A stretch of 64,000 nucleotides of DNA, from NCBI GenBank assembly GCA_963817895.1, contig CAWFQB010000001.1, forward strand, positions 416,001 through 480,000, given 5' to 3'. The position numbers and the translations under genes are program-made. Under the pieces are notes generated by a model. The model did no database searches and had not been told where the DNA came from. It saw only the letters and a program-made list of their open reading frames with translations. Every line of letters starts with the position of its first letter. Positions within the stretch are counted from its first letter, which is position 1. Source of the DNA: an uncultured Chthonomonadaceae bacterium. Lineage in GTDB: Bacteria > Armatimonadota > Chthonomonadetes > Chthonomonadales > Chthonomonadaceae. Shown here piece by piece: positions 31,359 to 41,434 of this stretch.

Positions 31359-32249
31359 ATGCGCAGTCATCGGCTTCTCTCCTGTCTTTGCGGCCTTCTG
31401 GCGTCTGCCCTTCCCGCGTCGGCGCAGCAAAACTCGCTGCTGAGTCTGTCCGAACCGTCCGGCACTCTATTGATGGGCGATTACTCGTTTGCGGGCAAGT
31501 CGAGCCGAAGCCTGCAAACCGACGGATGGACGCTGCATCAGCAACTCGCGTCCCGCCTGTATGGATGGTACGGGCAGCAAAACATCCTTGCCACCGGACG
31601 CAGCGGGGCCACGCATTTCACCGCCGATACGTCCCGTTTTGGCGCGCAATGGGGATTGTCGCCCACGCCCCTGCGCGGATGGACGCTGGCGTATGGCGGC
31701 TACCGTCCCTCCAACGCCCGATTGGTAACGCCCTCCAACCACATCATACGCCCCGGCGAGGTGACGCGGGTGCAGTATCCCGATACTCAATCCGATCTGC
31801 TGACCGCGCGCTACGCTTTCGGCAGGCCGCTTCCCGACACAAGAACGGCGCGAATTGCGCCGACCTACAGCGTGTTCGGCGGTTACAGTCGCGTGAGCGC
31901 GGTCGGCACGGGGGCGGACGCGCTTCTGGCAGGAGCCGGCGCGCTATTTCAAATCAACCCGCGCGTGACAGGCGATGTGGAATTGACGATGTACGGGGAG
32001 CGGGCGGGCGGAAGCGTGATCACCAAATCGCTCAAATCTTATCTCAACGCCAGTGTCGCTTATCGTCCGGTACGATGGGCGGCGCTGGTGGCGAGCGCGG
32101 ATATTATGCCGTTCGGGATGCCTTATGGCGGCACGTCCCTGTCGGGTTTCAGCGGCTACCTGCTGTATCAGCCCGACACGTTTCAGGCGATACAAAAGGG
32201 CGTGATCGCCAATTTCAACTTGCAGCTCCAGATTTCCAACCACTTTTAA
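31359..32249 (+). CDS. Exported protein, possible outer-membrane beta-barrel
   Basis: Signal peptide, alternating aromatic beta-strands, terminal Phe. Confidence 0.6.
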   Translation: MRSHRLLSCLCGLLASALPASAQQNSLLSLSEPSGTLLMGDYSFAGKSSRSLQTDGWTLHQQLASRLYGWYGQQNILATGRSGATHFTADTSRFGAQWGLSPTPLRGWTLAYGGYRPSNARLVTPSNHIIRPGEVTRVQYPDTQSDLLTARYAFGRPLPDTRTARIAPTYSVFGGYSRVSAVGTGADALLAGAGALFQINPRVTGDVELTMYGERAGGSVITKSLKSYLNASVAYRPVRWAALVASADIMPFGMPYGGTSLSGFSGYLLYQPDTFQAIQKGVIANFNLQLQISNHF

Positions 32250-32337
32250 GCGTCATTTCGCGTCCCTTCAAGGGCAGCCCTGTTACGGCTCACCCTGAGG
32301 ACCGCAAAGAAAAGACGGCAACGAAAAGACCACAACG

Positions 32338-33183
32338 ATGATGAGAATGAAGAGGATCACTATGACCACGACAACAACCAACACGCTGCCGAACACGCTG
32401 CGGAAAACTATGCTTGCGCAGGCGGGCGCGCTGCTGCTCGGCGCGGCCTTGCTGACGGGATGCAGTTCCGGTTCCTCCACCACTCCCACGTCCGGCCCGT
32501 CCAACAGCGTGACCGGCAAGACCACGCAATCCTCGGCAACCGCAACGTCGCTTGTCACGGTTCCGCAGGCGGGCGGAACCACGCAGACCCTTACCGTGAG
32601 CGGGCAGCAGATTACCGCTGTCGTGCCGAGTGGCGCCGCCGATGTCAGCGTGGGAGCGCCGCTCGCGGTTGTGCAGCGCGGTTCCGCGCCCCTGAGCGGC
32701 TCGTACCCGCCGGGCGCGTCCATTACGGTGAACGGCGTTGCCAATTCCGGCCTGACCATAGATTCCACGGGAGCCATTGCGCAGAACGCCGCCCTGCCCG
32801 TTGATCCCACTGTTGGCACGGACTACACCCTCGCCCTGCCTGCCGGCGACCTGCAAACCCGCGCCCTGACCGTGCAAAAGACCAACTTCAGCGGGCGCTA
32901 CTATGTGCGCAACGGCGTTCTGGTGTCCCCGTTCCCCATTAGCATCACGGGCAAAATTCCCAACAACGGCGAAAACGCCGCCGGTTCCAAAGTGACGGCC
33001 ACGTTCGGCACGGGCAATAATGGACGCGCCGCGCATCTGACCATTGACTACGGCAATGGCTTCGTGCTGGACCAGACGCAGATTATCGCGTCCAATCAGG
33101 TGACGTTCCAGAACTTCAGCCCGGACGCCTCCAATGTGCCTGCCGGGGGCGTCGCCTCGCTGACCTTCGCGGTGGGCAACTAA
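32338..33183 (+). CDS. Predicted lipoprotein, Thr/Ser/Gly-rich beta protein
   Basis: Lipobox LLTGC followed by a Ser/Thr linker; exact start uncertain. Confidence 0.75.
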   Translation: MMRMKRITMTTTTTNTLPNTLRKTMLAQAGALLLGAALLTGCSSGSSTTPTSGPSNSVTGKTTQSSATATSLVTVPQAGGTTQTLTVSGQQITAVVPSGAADVSVGAPLAVVQRGSAPLSGSYPPGASITVNGVANSGLTIDSTGAIAQNAALPVDPTVGTDYTLALPAGDLQTRALTVQKTNFSGRYYVRNGVLVSPFPISITGKIPNNGENAAGSKVTATFGTGNNGRAAHLTIDYGNGFVLDQTQIIASNQVTFQNFSPDASNVPAGGVASLTFAVGN

Positions 33184-33339
33184 CCCCGTCCGAACAACGG
33201 CTTCCCTGCTGAATGATTACATCTGGCAGGGAAGCCGTTGCTATGTTACTCTCCAGTTTCCCCCATAACAAATGCCTGCCTGTACTGTCGCGCATCGTTT
33301 TGAACGCGCGCTGTGAGGCGTATGCGTTTCGCTTCTGTT

Positions 33340-33387
33340 TTACCTGTCTGCTTGCTTTGCCTGTTTGCGATAGTCGCGCGCGGAAAT
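33340..33387 (-). repeat. 48-bp duplicate of the 3' end of the MFS gene (other copy 36849-36896)
   Basis: Translates ISARDYRKQAKQADR* versus ISMRDYRKQAKQAGK*. Confidence 0.9.
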
Positions 33388-33390
33388 TAC

Positions 33391-33419
33391 TTGACACGAT
33401 TCAATGGATATGCTATGCT
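33391..33419 (+). promoter_or_regulatory. Sigma70-type promoter (TTGACA-N17-TATGCT, extended TG) for the MTase-HNH cassette
   Basis: Read directly, 3 nt inside the left repeat. Confidence 0.6.
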
Positions 33420-33653
33420 AAATACAATAATTATTCGCCTGCCCGTTGTGCCGATGTAAACAGATTCCCTGTAGACTTATGTAGTGCCAGTGCCTCCCCT
33501 TTCACGCATGACGGCGTATGTCTCAGAAAATATTATAGACTATTCCGCTTTACCTGCTACCCTCAATATGGGTAGCAGGTCTTGATTCTTAGCCACTAAA
33601 TTCGCGCCGTTTTTATTATGCGCCAACCGATAGCGGATGCAGGCAAACACAAG

Positions 33654-36277
33654 ATGAGTAGAGCAGAAGAAGATCAAATCTTGCTTGGTGAAGTACGCAA
33701 CGCCTTCAGTGACATAGGCTATGCTGAAGACTTGATGCGCGATGATTACCCGTTTGCCCGTTACTCCTCCGCTTCTCCTGTATCTCCCGCCATTGTTGAA
33801 CAAATAGACCTTGCCACCTTTGCGCAATCGCAGGTTTCGCTTCGCAGCGCGTGTTTTGGCGTTGCCTTCGCCGAGCGGAATGATGCTGATTCTGTCCAAA
33901 AATATCGAGAGTTGGGCGCGGCTCAGATTTTAACGCTGCATCGGCGCGAGAATGTGTTCCGCCGTTGGTTGCTGCGAAGCAATGCTGCGCCTGACCTGAA
34001 GGACACGCAACCCCTAGACAACATTGGAACGATTATACGCGAGAATCAGGCTGGCTGGAACCCACAAAGCGTACTCCGCGCCAAGACCCTTGCGTTCGCC
34101 TCGCCGCTTATTCAACCAGAACTTCGCCGATGCGGGGCTGATTACCGCGCTCGAATCCGAACTGCGCCCTAAACTTTCCCGCTTGCTGCAAGACGCCCTT
34201 ACACTTGGGCAAGCCACCTATCAAAAATATCGAATTGAGGAAATGCCTGCGGCGGCGACAGCGGCTTTGTATCGTTTGGTCTTTCGACTGTTAGCGGCTA
34301 AATTGCAGATAGACAGGAGAGATAGACCAGAATGGGCGGCTCTGGATGTGAAGGACTTGTTGCGCGAAGTGGAAACAGTATACCCGGACTTAGCGAACCC
34401 GCAGGCTGTTCTACAAGACCAACACGTACAACAAGCTGTTTGGCACACCTTCAAAGAGGGATTGCGTCTTCAAAACCTCTCGATAGAAACGTTGGCTTAT
34501 GTTTATGAGCATACGCTTGTCCCGCCTCATGTACGGACGCGGCAGGCCATTCACGCCACGCCTCCCGAAGTTGCAGAGTTCATGGTACGCCATCTTCCAC
34601 TGGAAAGATTGCAGGAAAATGAGCAGCGTATCTTTGAGCCGTTTTGCGGGCATGCGCCCTTTCTCATTGCCGCAATGGGGCGTCTGCGTGAATTGCCCCT
34701 TTCATTTCAGACCTCTTCGCAGTGGCACGAGCATTTCAAGAGTATGCTTTCCGGCATAGAACAAGAAACCCTTGCCCGCGAAATCGCCGTTCAATCACTG
34801 ATTTTAGCCGACTATTCCAACCCGAACGGCTGGAAGGTATTCGAGGCAGACGTTTTTCACGATGCAGGTTTTGACGAACAGTTAAATAGCGCAAGCGCCG
34901 TCTTCTGCAATCCGCCTTATGGAACATGGGCTACGCTGAAACGTTCGCGCCCCTCGGATGAAGCGCTCGACTATGCAGAAGCAGAAGCATTGCGTCGAAC
35001 GCTTCAATATCCACCCAAGATGCTTGGCTTTGTTGTGCCTCGAACTCTTCTGGAGCGTAAAGAGACGTTAGAACTGCGTAGAACGTTAGCGCAAAATTAT
35101 AGCGATATTTCTATCATCGCCTTACCCAACACCATATTTAATATTTCTCGCGCTACTGTGGTTCTATTACTCGCGCACAATTTGAATGCGCCGACGAAAC
35201 ATTATTTGTTTGGTCGGGTTGATAGCGCGGGAAAAGACGTTTTTCTGCAATCCGGCACACTCACAGAGACGTATGAGACAGACACGTTGCAGCCCGGAAA
35301 TAGCGCAGAATACGTTTTGTGGCAAACACCCCGTCAACCTGTGTGGAACGCGCTCACCACATTCACTACACTTTCCACAGTAGCAGAACTGAAAGATGGC
35401 ATACGTTACAACCGTGATCCCAAGTCGCATATCTCCAAAACGTCGTTGCTAAATCATGAAGCCGGTGTTCCTAAAGTAAAGAAGTTTGTGGAGCCTTATA
35501 CTGTGCAGGATACGAGGTATCTGTCGACCGACACTGCGGAAATAACAGGAGAGCCGCTTAAGCTTCACTGGGATACTCCGAAGGTTCTGCTGAACAGGGC
35601 GCGTGTGAGCATAGACATTTGGTGTCTGGCAGCCGTAGGTGAGACAACAGGATTATACGCAACGCGCCAGTTTTATGGTGTTTGGCCCAAGACCGATATG
35701 TCTGTTGCTGTTCTGGCGGCGGTTCTCAACGGCCCTGTTGCCAGCGCGTTTGTCTTTGACTATCGCGCTGGCATAGATAACTATCCCGCATTGCTGAATC
35801 GAATACCAATTCCCGATTTCACACCGGAACAAACGGATTTGATTATTTCCCTTGTAGACGATTATTGCTCGTGCCGTGAGTGGCTGCGACAGGAACCAGA
35901 ACGGTCAGCGAGGTTGACTTCTCGTTGCCGCGATTTGCTGCTGCAAATTGACGCCGCTGTACTGGAAGCATATGGACTAACTGCCGAACAGGAAGATACA
36001 TTGCTTCAAGCGTTTGACGGAGTGCGTCGTCCTCTTTTACCATTTCATTTCAAAGGCTATGGGGAAGATTTTGTGAGGGCGAAGCAGGCAGTTGCCGCCA
36101 GAACGTCATTGGAACACGCTTATCACACGTTATCACGCTCTGGTAGACAAAGAGTTTGAAAATGGATTAACGCCCGAAGAAGAAGCGGAGCAGGAGCGGC
36201 TTTCGGATGAAATTGACGCGCAGGAAGCGATGGACAACGAGACAATTCTGGCGCGTGTGCCGACAGGATTGAAATAG
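33654..36277 (+). CDS. N6-adenine DNA methyltransferase with TRD (Type IIG/Eco57I-like), frameshifts near 34120 and 36100
   Basis: LAYVYE...HATPPEVAEFMV, FEPFCGHAPFL (motif I), NPPY (motif IV); three overlapping ORFs join into ~870 aa. Confidence 0.85.
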
Positions 36278-36284
36278 TGGAAAG

Positions 36285-36782
36285 GTGACTGTTCCGGTGT
36301 CCCGATTTCAGCGTACAACTCCTGCTCCCCTGCTTCCCGCTGGAAAAGATTATGCCTTTTTCCGTCCCGAAGTCCGCGCAGACTTCGAACGATGTTGCGC
36401 CCACTGCTTGCGCCATGAAGATTGGGGTGGCACGACAGAACATTATGAGTTAGATCACTTCCGACCCCAAAAACCTTTTGACAACCTTATAAACGACTTC
36501 CTCAATCTGTATTACGCATGTCACCGCTGCAATCAGCGTAAATCTAACACTTGGCCCAGGGAGCAAGAACAGCGTACTGGCAAATACATCGTAGATTTAT
36601 GTCGTGATGATTTCAACACACACTACAATTTCTTACCTGATGGCACTCTGGAACTGCTCACAGAAGCAGCAAAGTACACTGAAAAGAAGTTAAAACTCAA
36701 CAGCCCTGAACTTGTGCGACAACGCGCCAACATCTTGAGAGAAGGTTATGAAATTGACAAACCTTTCTGGCCCACAGAATAA
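36285..36782 (+). CDS. HNH endonuclease
   Basis: CAHC...ELDHFRP...NLYYACHRCNQRK; 7 nt after the MTase stop. Confidence 0.92.
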   Translation: MTVPVSRFQRTTPAPLLPAGKDYAFFRPEVRADFERCCAHCLRHEDWGGTTEHYELDHFRPQKPFDNLINDFLNLYYACHRCNQRKSNTWPREQEQRTGKYIVDLCRDDFNTHYNFLPDGTLELLTEAAKYTEKKLKLNSPELVRQRANILREGYEIDKPFWPTE

Positions 36783-36848
36783 GTCACATGACAACGAAAC
36801 TGAACTATTTATGCAGGTTCAGTACAGAGGCTGCAAGCGTTGTGAAGA

Positions 36849-38150
36849 CTACTTGCCTGCTTGCTTTGCCTGTTTGCGGTAGTCGCGCATGGAAATCAGT
36901 TGGAGGTACGCGCCCACCACCATAATCAGGAAGGACAACAGGAAGGTATTTTGCGCGCCCTCGCGACGCAGCAGGGGTATGGCGAACTGGGGGGCGATGG
37001 TTCCCCGGATGCCGAAGAAACTGGAATGGAGCGCCTGATACTGCGCCGCTTTGCCGGGTTCCGCGAACATCAGCGTAGTGTTCAGATACCCTAAATCTAT
37101 GCCGGACATGCACAGCCCGCTCGCGATTGCCGCCAGATACAGCGCGGACATGCCCCACGCGCCCGCGTACAGCAGAGGAATTAGCAGATTGATGCTGATG
37201 GCGGCCAGCACGGTTGCCAGCGACCCTTTGCGATCCAGAAACGTTCCCCAGAACACATACCCTACAATCGTCATAATGGACGCGATGTTTTGCAGGTTGG
37301 CGACCTGCGTGTTCGTGACGTGAAACGTGTCCACCTGCTGAATGGGTATCAGCGTCGCGGAAATGAGATTCCCAAAGCCCGAAATAAATACCGAGGCCGT
37401 GAACCAGCGAAAGCCGGGATTGCGCTTGAGAATATGTATCGTATCGCGGACAAACGCGCCTGCCGTAGCCGGGTTGTCTTCAACGGCTACGGCTTGCAGG
37501 CGAATCCGGCTGAACGTGTACGCGCTCAACACGCCGAACGCGCCCCCGATGCAAAAACCGGTTCGCCAGTTAATGCCGTGATCCAGCAGCCGCCCCATGA
37601 CCAGCGCGGTCAGCAGCGTTGTCAGGCTCATGCCCATGCGGACAATGCTCATCAAACGTCCCCGGTGCGCGTCGGGATAAATCTCCTTCATAATCGCTGT
37701 GTACGCGGGCGTGGAAATGGAAAACACGAGCGGCGTGACGCAGACCAGCATCACATACTGTTCGCGGGTATGCAAAAATGGCGCGAGCAGAAACAGGCCG
37801 CGCGCGATGAGCCATGTCCACGTCACGAAGGGCATCTTGGAGCGGCCCTCCATCTGCCGCGCCCACAGCGTGGCGAAGATGTAGCCCAGCGCGGGCGCAG
37901 CCGTAATCCAGCCCATCTGCCCCCGCGTGGCATGGAGTTCCGCGCGGGCGATGCGCAGCACGAACGTCCAGATGCAGCCCTGATAAATGCCCGCGCATAG
38001 CCCGGTCGCCATGTCCCATTGCCAGGCAACGCGGGTTTGGGCAGGCAGGGTGAGCAGAAAATGGCGAACGCGGACGATAAAATTAGCGATCACAATGGTA
38101 AGTCTCGTAGCGGAAGTGGAGCAGGGAGATATAGTTTGAGCGCGCGACAT
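36849..38150 (-). CDS. MFS transporter
   Basis: ~12 hydrophobic helices; IYPDAHRGR and WGTFLDRKG loop motifs. Confidence 0.9.
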   Translation of the reverse strand: MSRAQTISPCSTSATRLTIVIANFIVRVRHFLLTLPAQTRVAWQWDMATGLCAGIYQGCIWTFVLRIARAELHATRGQMGWITAAPALGYIFATLWARQMEGRSKMPFVTWTWLIARGLFLLAPFLHTREQYVMLVCVTPLVFSISTPAYTAIMKEIYPDAHRGRLMSIVRMGMSLTTLLTALVMGRLLDHGINWRTGFCIGGAFGVLSAYTFSRIRLQAVAVEDNPATAGAFVRDTIHILKRNPGFRWFTASVFISGFGNLISATLIPIQQVDTFHVTNTQVANLQNIASIMTIVGYVFWGTFLDRKGSLATVLAAISINLLIPLLYAGAWGMSALYLAAIASGLCMSGIDLGYLNTTLMFAEPGKAAQYQALHSSFFGIRGTIAPQFAIPLLRREGAQNTFLLSFLIMVVGAYLQLISMRDYRKQAKQAGK

Positions 38151-38259
38151 TCAAATCAGCGCTATGTTCAAAGTATACCCTACGTGGTAGGTCGGCGCGG
38201 ATGGCGAGCCACTTTTCCGGCAAGAAAACGCTCCACATCCCACTGCGGCGGAACGGAAC

Positions 38260-39054
38260 CTACAAATCCTCATACACGATTTCGATACGGCGGTTTTGCG
38301 CCTTGTCATTGCCCTGCGCGGGAACGCTGTCCGCATAGCCAATCGCTTCGATCAGCACATGGCCTCGTCCCGAACCGATAAAAACGCCCCTCTTGTTCAG
38401 TTCTATCTTAATTTGCTTGGCGAGCCAACAGGCGCGGGCGGCGGAAAGCTCCCAGTTGGAATCGAACTTGTATGTATGCACAGTATCGCTGTCCGTATGC
38501 CCCTCCACGCGGATACGGTTGAAAACAATTACTTTTTTCTTATCGTCATAGCATTTAGAACATATATCTTTCGCTATCGCCTCGCCCTGCGATTTATTTA
38601 TCGGCTCCTCGGCCCCCGTATTAAAGTGCAGTTCTTTTTCGCCGATTGTGCGCCGTATTTGCGGATTTAGCAGGCGATCTTGTACGTAAGACCCGAGATC
38701 GTCCCACATCTTACTGCGGTGCTGTTCCAGCATCTGCTTGAATTCTTCTGTAACCGGTCCATCGTTGTTTTTCACCAACCGGCAAACGTCGGCAAGCGGC
38801 AGGTCATCGTCGGGAGGCAGTTGGTTCACGCTGTCATACACGCGCGCGTGTTCGCCACCCGGTTTCTGGCGGATTTGCAGATTGTGCAGCATCAGCAATT
38901 CGTTGCGGCGGCGCGTCATATCATAATCGGCGCGGGCGTGGGGCTGACGCAGGGCAAACGCGGCCAGCAGCAGCAATACGAGCGCGAGCATGAGATCGAA
39001 CATGCTGCGGAACGGATGGCTCCCTGTTTCGGCGGAATGGCGTCCACGCCTCAT
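38260..39054 (-). CDS. MotB/ZorB-like protein with OmpA-like peptidoglycan-binding domain
   Basis: Single TM helix with Asp (SMFDLMLALVLLL); RVEGHTDS, NWELSAARA, AIGYADSVP, NRRIEI. Confidence 0.9.
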   Translation of the reverse strand: MRRGRHSAETGSHPFRSMFDLMLALVLLLLAAFALRQPHARADYDMTRRRNELLMLHNLQIRQKPGGEHARVYDSVNQLPPDDDLPLADVCRLVKNNDGPVTEEFKQMLEQHRSKMWDDLGSYVQDRLLNPQIRRTIGEKELHFNTGAEEPINKSQGEAIAKDICSKCYDDKKKVIVFNRIRVEGHTDSDTVHTYKFDSNWELSAARACWLAKQIKIELNKRGVFIGSGRGHVLIEAIGYADSVPAQGNDKAQNRRIEIVYEDL

Positions 39055-39103
39055 GGCAGATTTCCTCCCTGAAAACGATGCGAAAAACGGCGAGGGCAAC
39101 GAA

Positions 39104-41434
39104 TCAAATCGGTTTGCGCGTTGGTTTGCTTTCCATCGAGCGCGGCAGCGACTCTGTTAATGTCATGCCGGTTTCCGCGCTTCCATCAGCAGGGGTAGAA
39201 CTGCTGACAAGTGTGGGAACGCGCATGGCGACGACGGCAAACGCCTGCGCCGCCTGGTCCATGCTTGTGACGGCCCCGCCGACAGCCTGCGTCAGCGTTT
39301 GCAGATCGCGGGCCGCTTCCTGTGTCAGCGCTTGCAGATTTTGCGCGGCCTCCTGAGAATGTTTTTGCGCGGCTTCCTGAGCGACGGATTGCTGCTGCGC
39401 CCTGACCTGCATCGTCTGTGCGCTTGCTTCTGCCAGGCGCGCGTTTTCCTGCGCTGTCCGCGCGCTGTTCAGCACAAAAGCCGCCGAGTCGCTCAACGAG
39501 TTCAGCAGGGCGGGGATGGCGCGGCAGGCGTCCGCTACATCGCGCAGGGGCGGCCCGTTATCCGCCAGAGTTTCGCGAGTGGTAGCCAATTGTGAGGGCA
39601 GGACGGACAACGCGCCATGCAGTTCCTGTGTAACCGCATGAAGGCGCAGGAGCGTTTGGGATAGAGGATCGAACGCGGCGGCAAGCGCGGCGTAGCCCCG
39701 GCTCGCGTCACGAGCTGTAGTCTCGAAGGACTCGCGCGTATTTTCCAGCATCCGCGCCGCTTCCGATTGCCAGCGCGCCAGCAGCGTGGTTTGCGCGGCC
39801 TGCCCGTCCGTTACAACCTGCTCCAATCGGCCCTGTATGCTCAGGGCGACCTCCTGCCATTTCTTGTACTCCTGCAATTGCCGATCCGTAGCGCCGCTGA
39901 TCTGCTCGATGACGTGCGCCAATTTCCCCGCTTCGACGCGAACCTCCGTAACCAGCGCGACGGTTTCCGCTAATCCATCTCGAACGCCGTTGCGTATCGC
40001 GTCCGGCAGGCGGCTTTCCACCCCATCCAACACAGACGCGATACGCGCCTCCATGCCTGCGAGATGGGCGGCGGCTATACCATCAAGCGCAGCCAGAGCG
40101 GCTTCGGTCAGGCGGCGATGCGTGGCTTCCTGCTCGGCCTGCGCCTGCGCGTACTGCGTCCGCAAATGCTCCAGCATGGCCGTCAATGCCCGCGAATGCA
40201 TCTCCAGCAGTTGGCGCGTAAAGTCCTGAGTCTCCTGCGCCGCGTCGCGGTTGACCTTTCGCGCCGCCTCGAAAAAGTCTTCCAGAGAGTCTCTGTATTG
40301 CGTGAACTGGTCGCCCAGCCGCTTCTCATGCTCCTGCCGCGCTTTCACTTCCGCCTGCAAGAACTCCACATGCGCTTGTTTCAGGCCGGACGCGGTTTCG
40401 GCCCAGGCGCCGCTGTGCCGCGCCAGTTTGCCCGCGTGTTTCGCCAGTTGCTCCGCGTGTTTGGCAATCTGCTCTACCGGCTGCTGCACCTGCTCCGTCA
40501 GAATGGTTTTTATATTCTCCGCATAAACCTTAAGCAGCGCGTCAAATTGTCTGTTTTGCGCGGCAAGAGTTTCCTGAGTGGACCGATATTGCCCGATAAG
40601 CGCTTGCTGCATTTTCGCGTTCTGTTTATCAAGGATATCCTGTGTTTCCTTATTCTGTTCATCCAGAATCGCCTGCGTTTCCTTATTCTGCGTTTCAAGA
40701 GTGTTTTTGGTTGCTTCGGCCAGGCGGTCTTCCGGGCTGATCGCGTTGCGGTGGATGTTTGCCAGCAGCGAGTCTGCAAGCGTATCATCCACCTTTTGCG
40801 CAAGGTCATCCTGCTCATCTTGTAGGGCGCGATGGCAGAGCCGTAATCCGATATTGGCAATAACAGCGGCAAGCCCACTCGTCATGCCCGGGCCGGCATG
40901 CGTCAGGAGGGTGTTTGCGTCCAATCCCTGCGCCCGTGTCTGCGCCAGCGTGACCAGAATGGAAACAAACGTGCCCGCAATGCCGATGTTAAGTGCAATG
41001 TCCATGTACATGCGCAGTTCGCGCTCCGGCCCGGACAATCTGCGCTCTTCGCCGTCAGCCATGTCCGAGGAGGCGGGCAGCGCGCCCCGTCGCAACGCGG
41101 GGAGCATATCCCGAATGCGCCGGTTCAACAGCGGCGTTGTCCGTAAATCGGGCAGGCTGATTGCGCCGTTCGCGTTGAAGCGCTCTGCCATTTGTTCCAG
41201 GCCGGATTGGGTTTGTTCTAAATTCGCTTCTTCGCTGTTGTACTGTGACAGAAAAATCCAGGTTCGGACGAAACCAACCAGCCATATCAAAAAGACGCCT
41301 ACCGCAAATCCCAGCGCCAGTACCGGTTTCGGTTCTGCCACTTGTTGGTAGACGTAACCAATAGCGACAGGAACCGTTATTCCAGTCACAATGGAGAACA
41401 ACAAAGGCAATGCGGCGCGTTTGAAGACAGCCAT
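39104..41434 (-). CDS. MotA/ZorA-like membrane protein with ~570-aa helical cytoplasmic tail
   Basis: N-terminal TM helices, IGIAGTFVSI and GMTSGLAAVI channel-like helices, then a long Ala/Gln/Glu/Leu-rich coiled-coil region; directly upstream of the MotB-like gene. Confidence 0.8.
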   Translation of the reverse strand: MAVFKRAALPLLFSIVTGITVPVAIGYVYQQVAEPKPVLALGFAVGVFLIWLVGFVRTWIFLSQYNSEEANLEQTQSGLEQMAERFNANGAISLPDLRTTPLLNRRIRDMLPALRRGALPASSDMADGEERRLSGPERELRMYMDIALNIGIAGTFVSILVTLAQTRAQGLDANTLLTHAGPGMTSGLAAVIANIGLRLCHRALQDEQDDLAQKVDDTLADSLLANIHRNAISPEDRLAEATKNTLETQNKETQAILDEQNKETQDILDKQNAKMQQALIGQYRSTQETLAAQNRQFDALLKVYAENIKTILTEQVQQPVEQIAKHAEQLAKHAGKLARHSGAWAETASGLKQAHVEFLQAEVKARQEHEKRLGDQFTQYRDSLEDFFEAARKVNRDAAQETQDFTRQLLEMHSRALTAMLEHLRTQYAQAQAEQEATHRRLTEAALAALDGIAAAHLAGMEARIASVLDGVESRLPDAIRNGVRDGLAETVALVTEVRVEAGKLAHVIEQISGATDRQLQEYKKWQEVALSIQGRLEQVVTDGQAAQTTLLARWQSEAARMLENTRESFETTARDASRGYAALAAAFDPLSQTLLRLHAVTQELHGALSVLPSQLATTRETLADNGPPLRDVADACRAIPALLNSLSDSAAFVLNSARTAQENARLAEASAQTMQVRAQQQSVAQEAAQKHSQEAAQNLQALTQEAARDLQTLTQAVGGAVTSMDQAAQAFAVVAMRVPTLVSSSTPADGSAETGMTLTESLPRSMESKPTRKPI

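Noticed and set aside
36285..36782. HNH gene as ZorE of a type II Zorya system
   Set aside because: It is on the opposite strand, separated by an MFS gene, coupled to the MTase and inside its own repeat-bounded cassette.
38260..41434. Flagellar motAB
   Set aside because: The MotA-like protein is 776 aa with a long tail, there are no flagellar genes nearby, and it is coupled to the tubulin-like gene.
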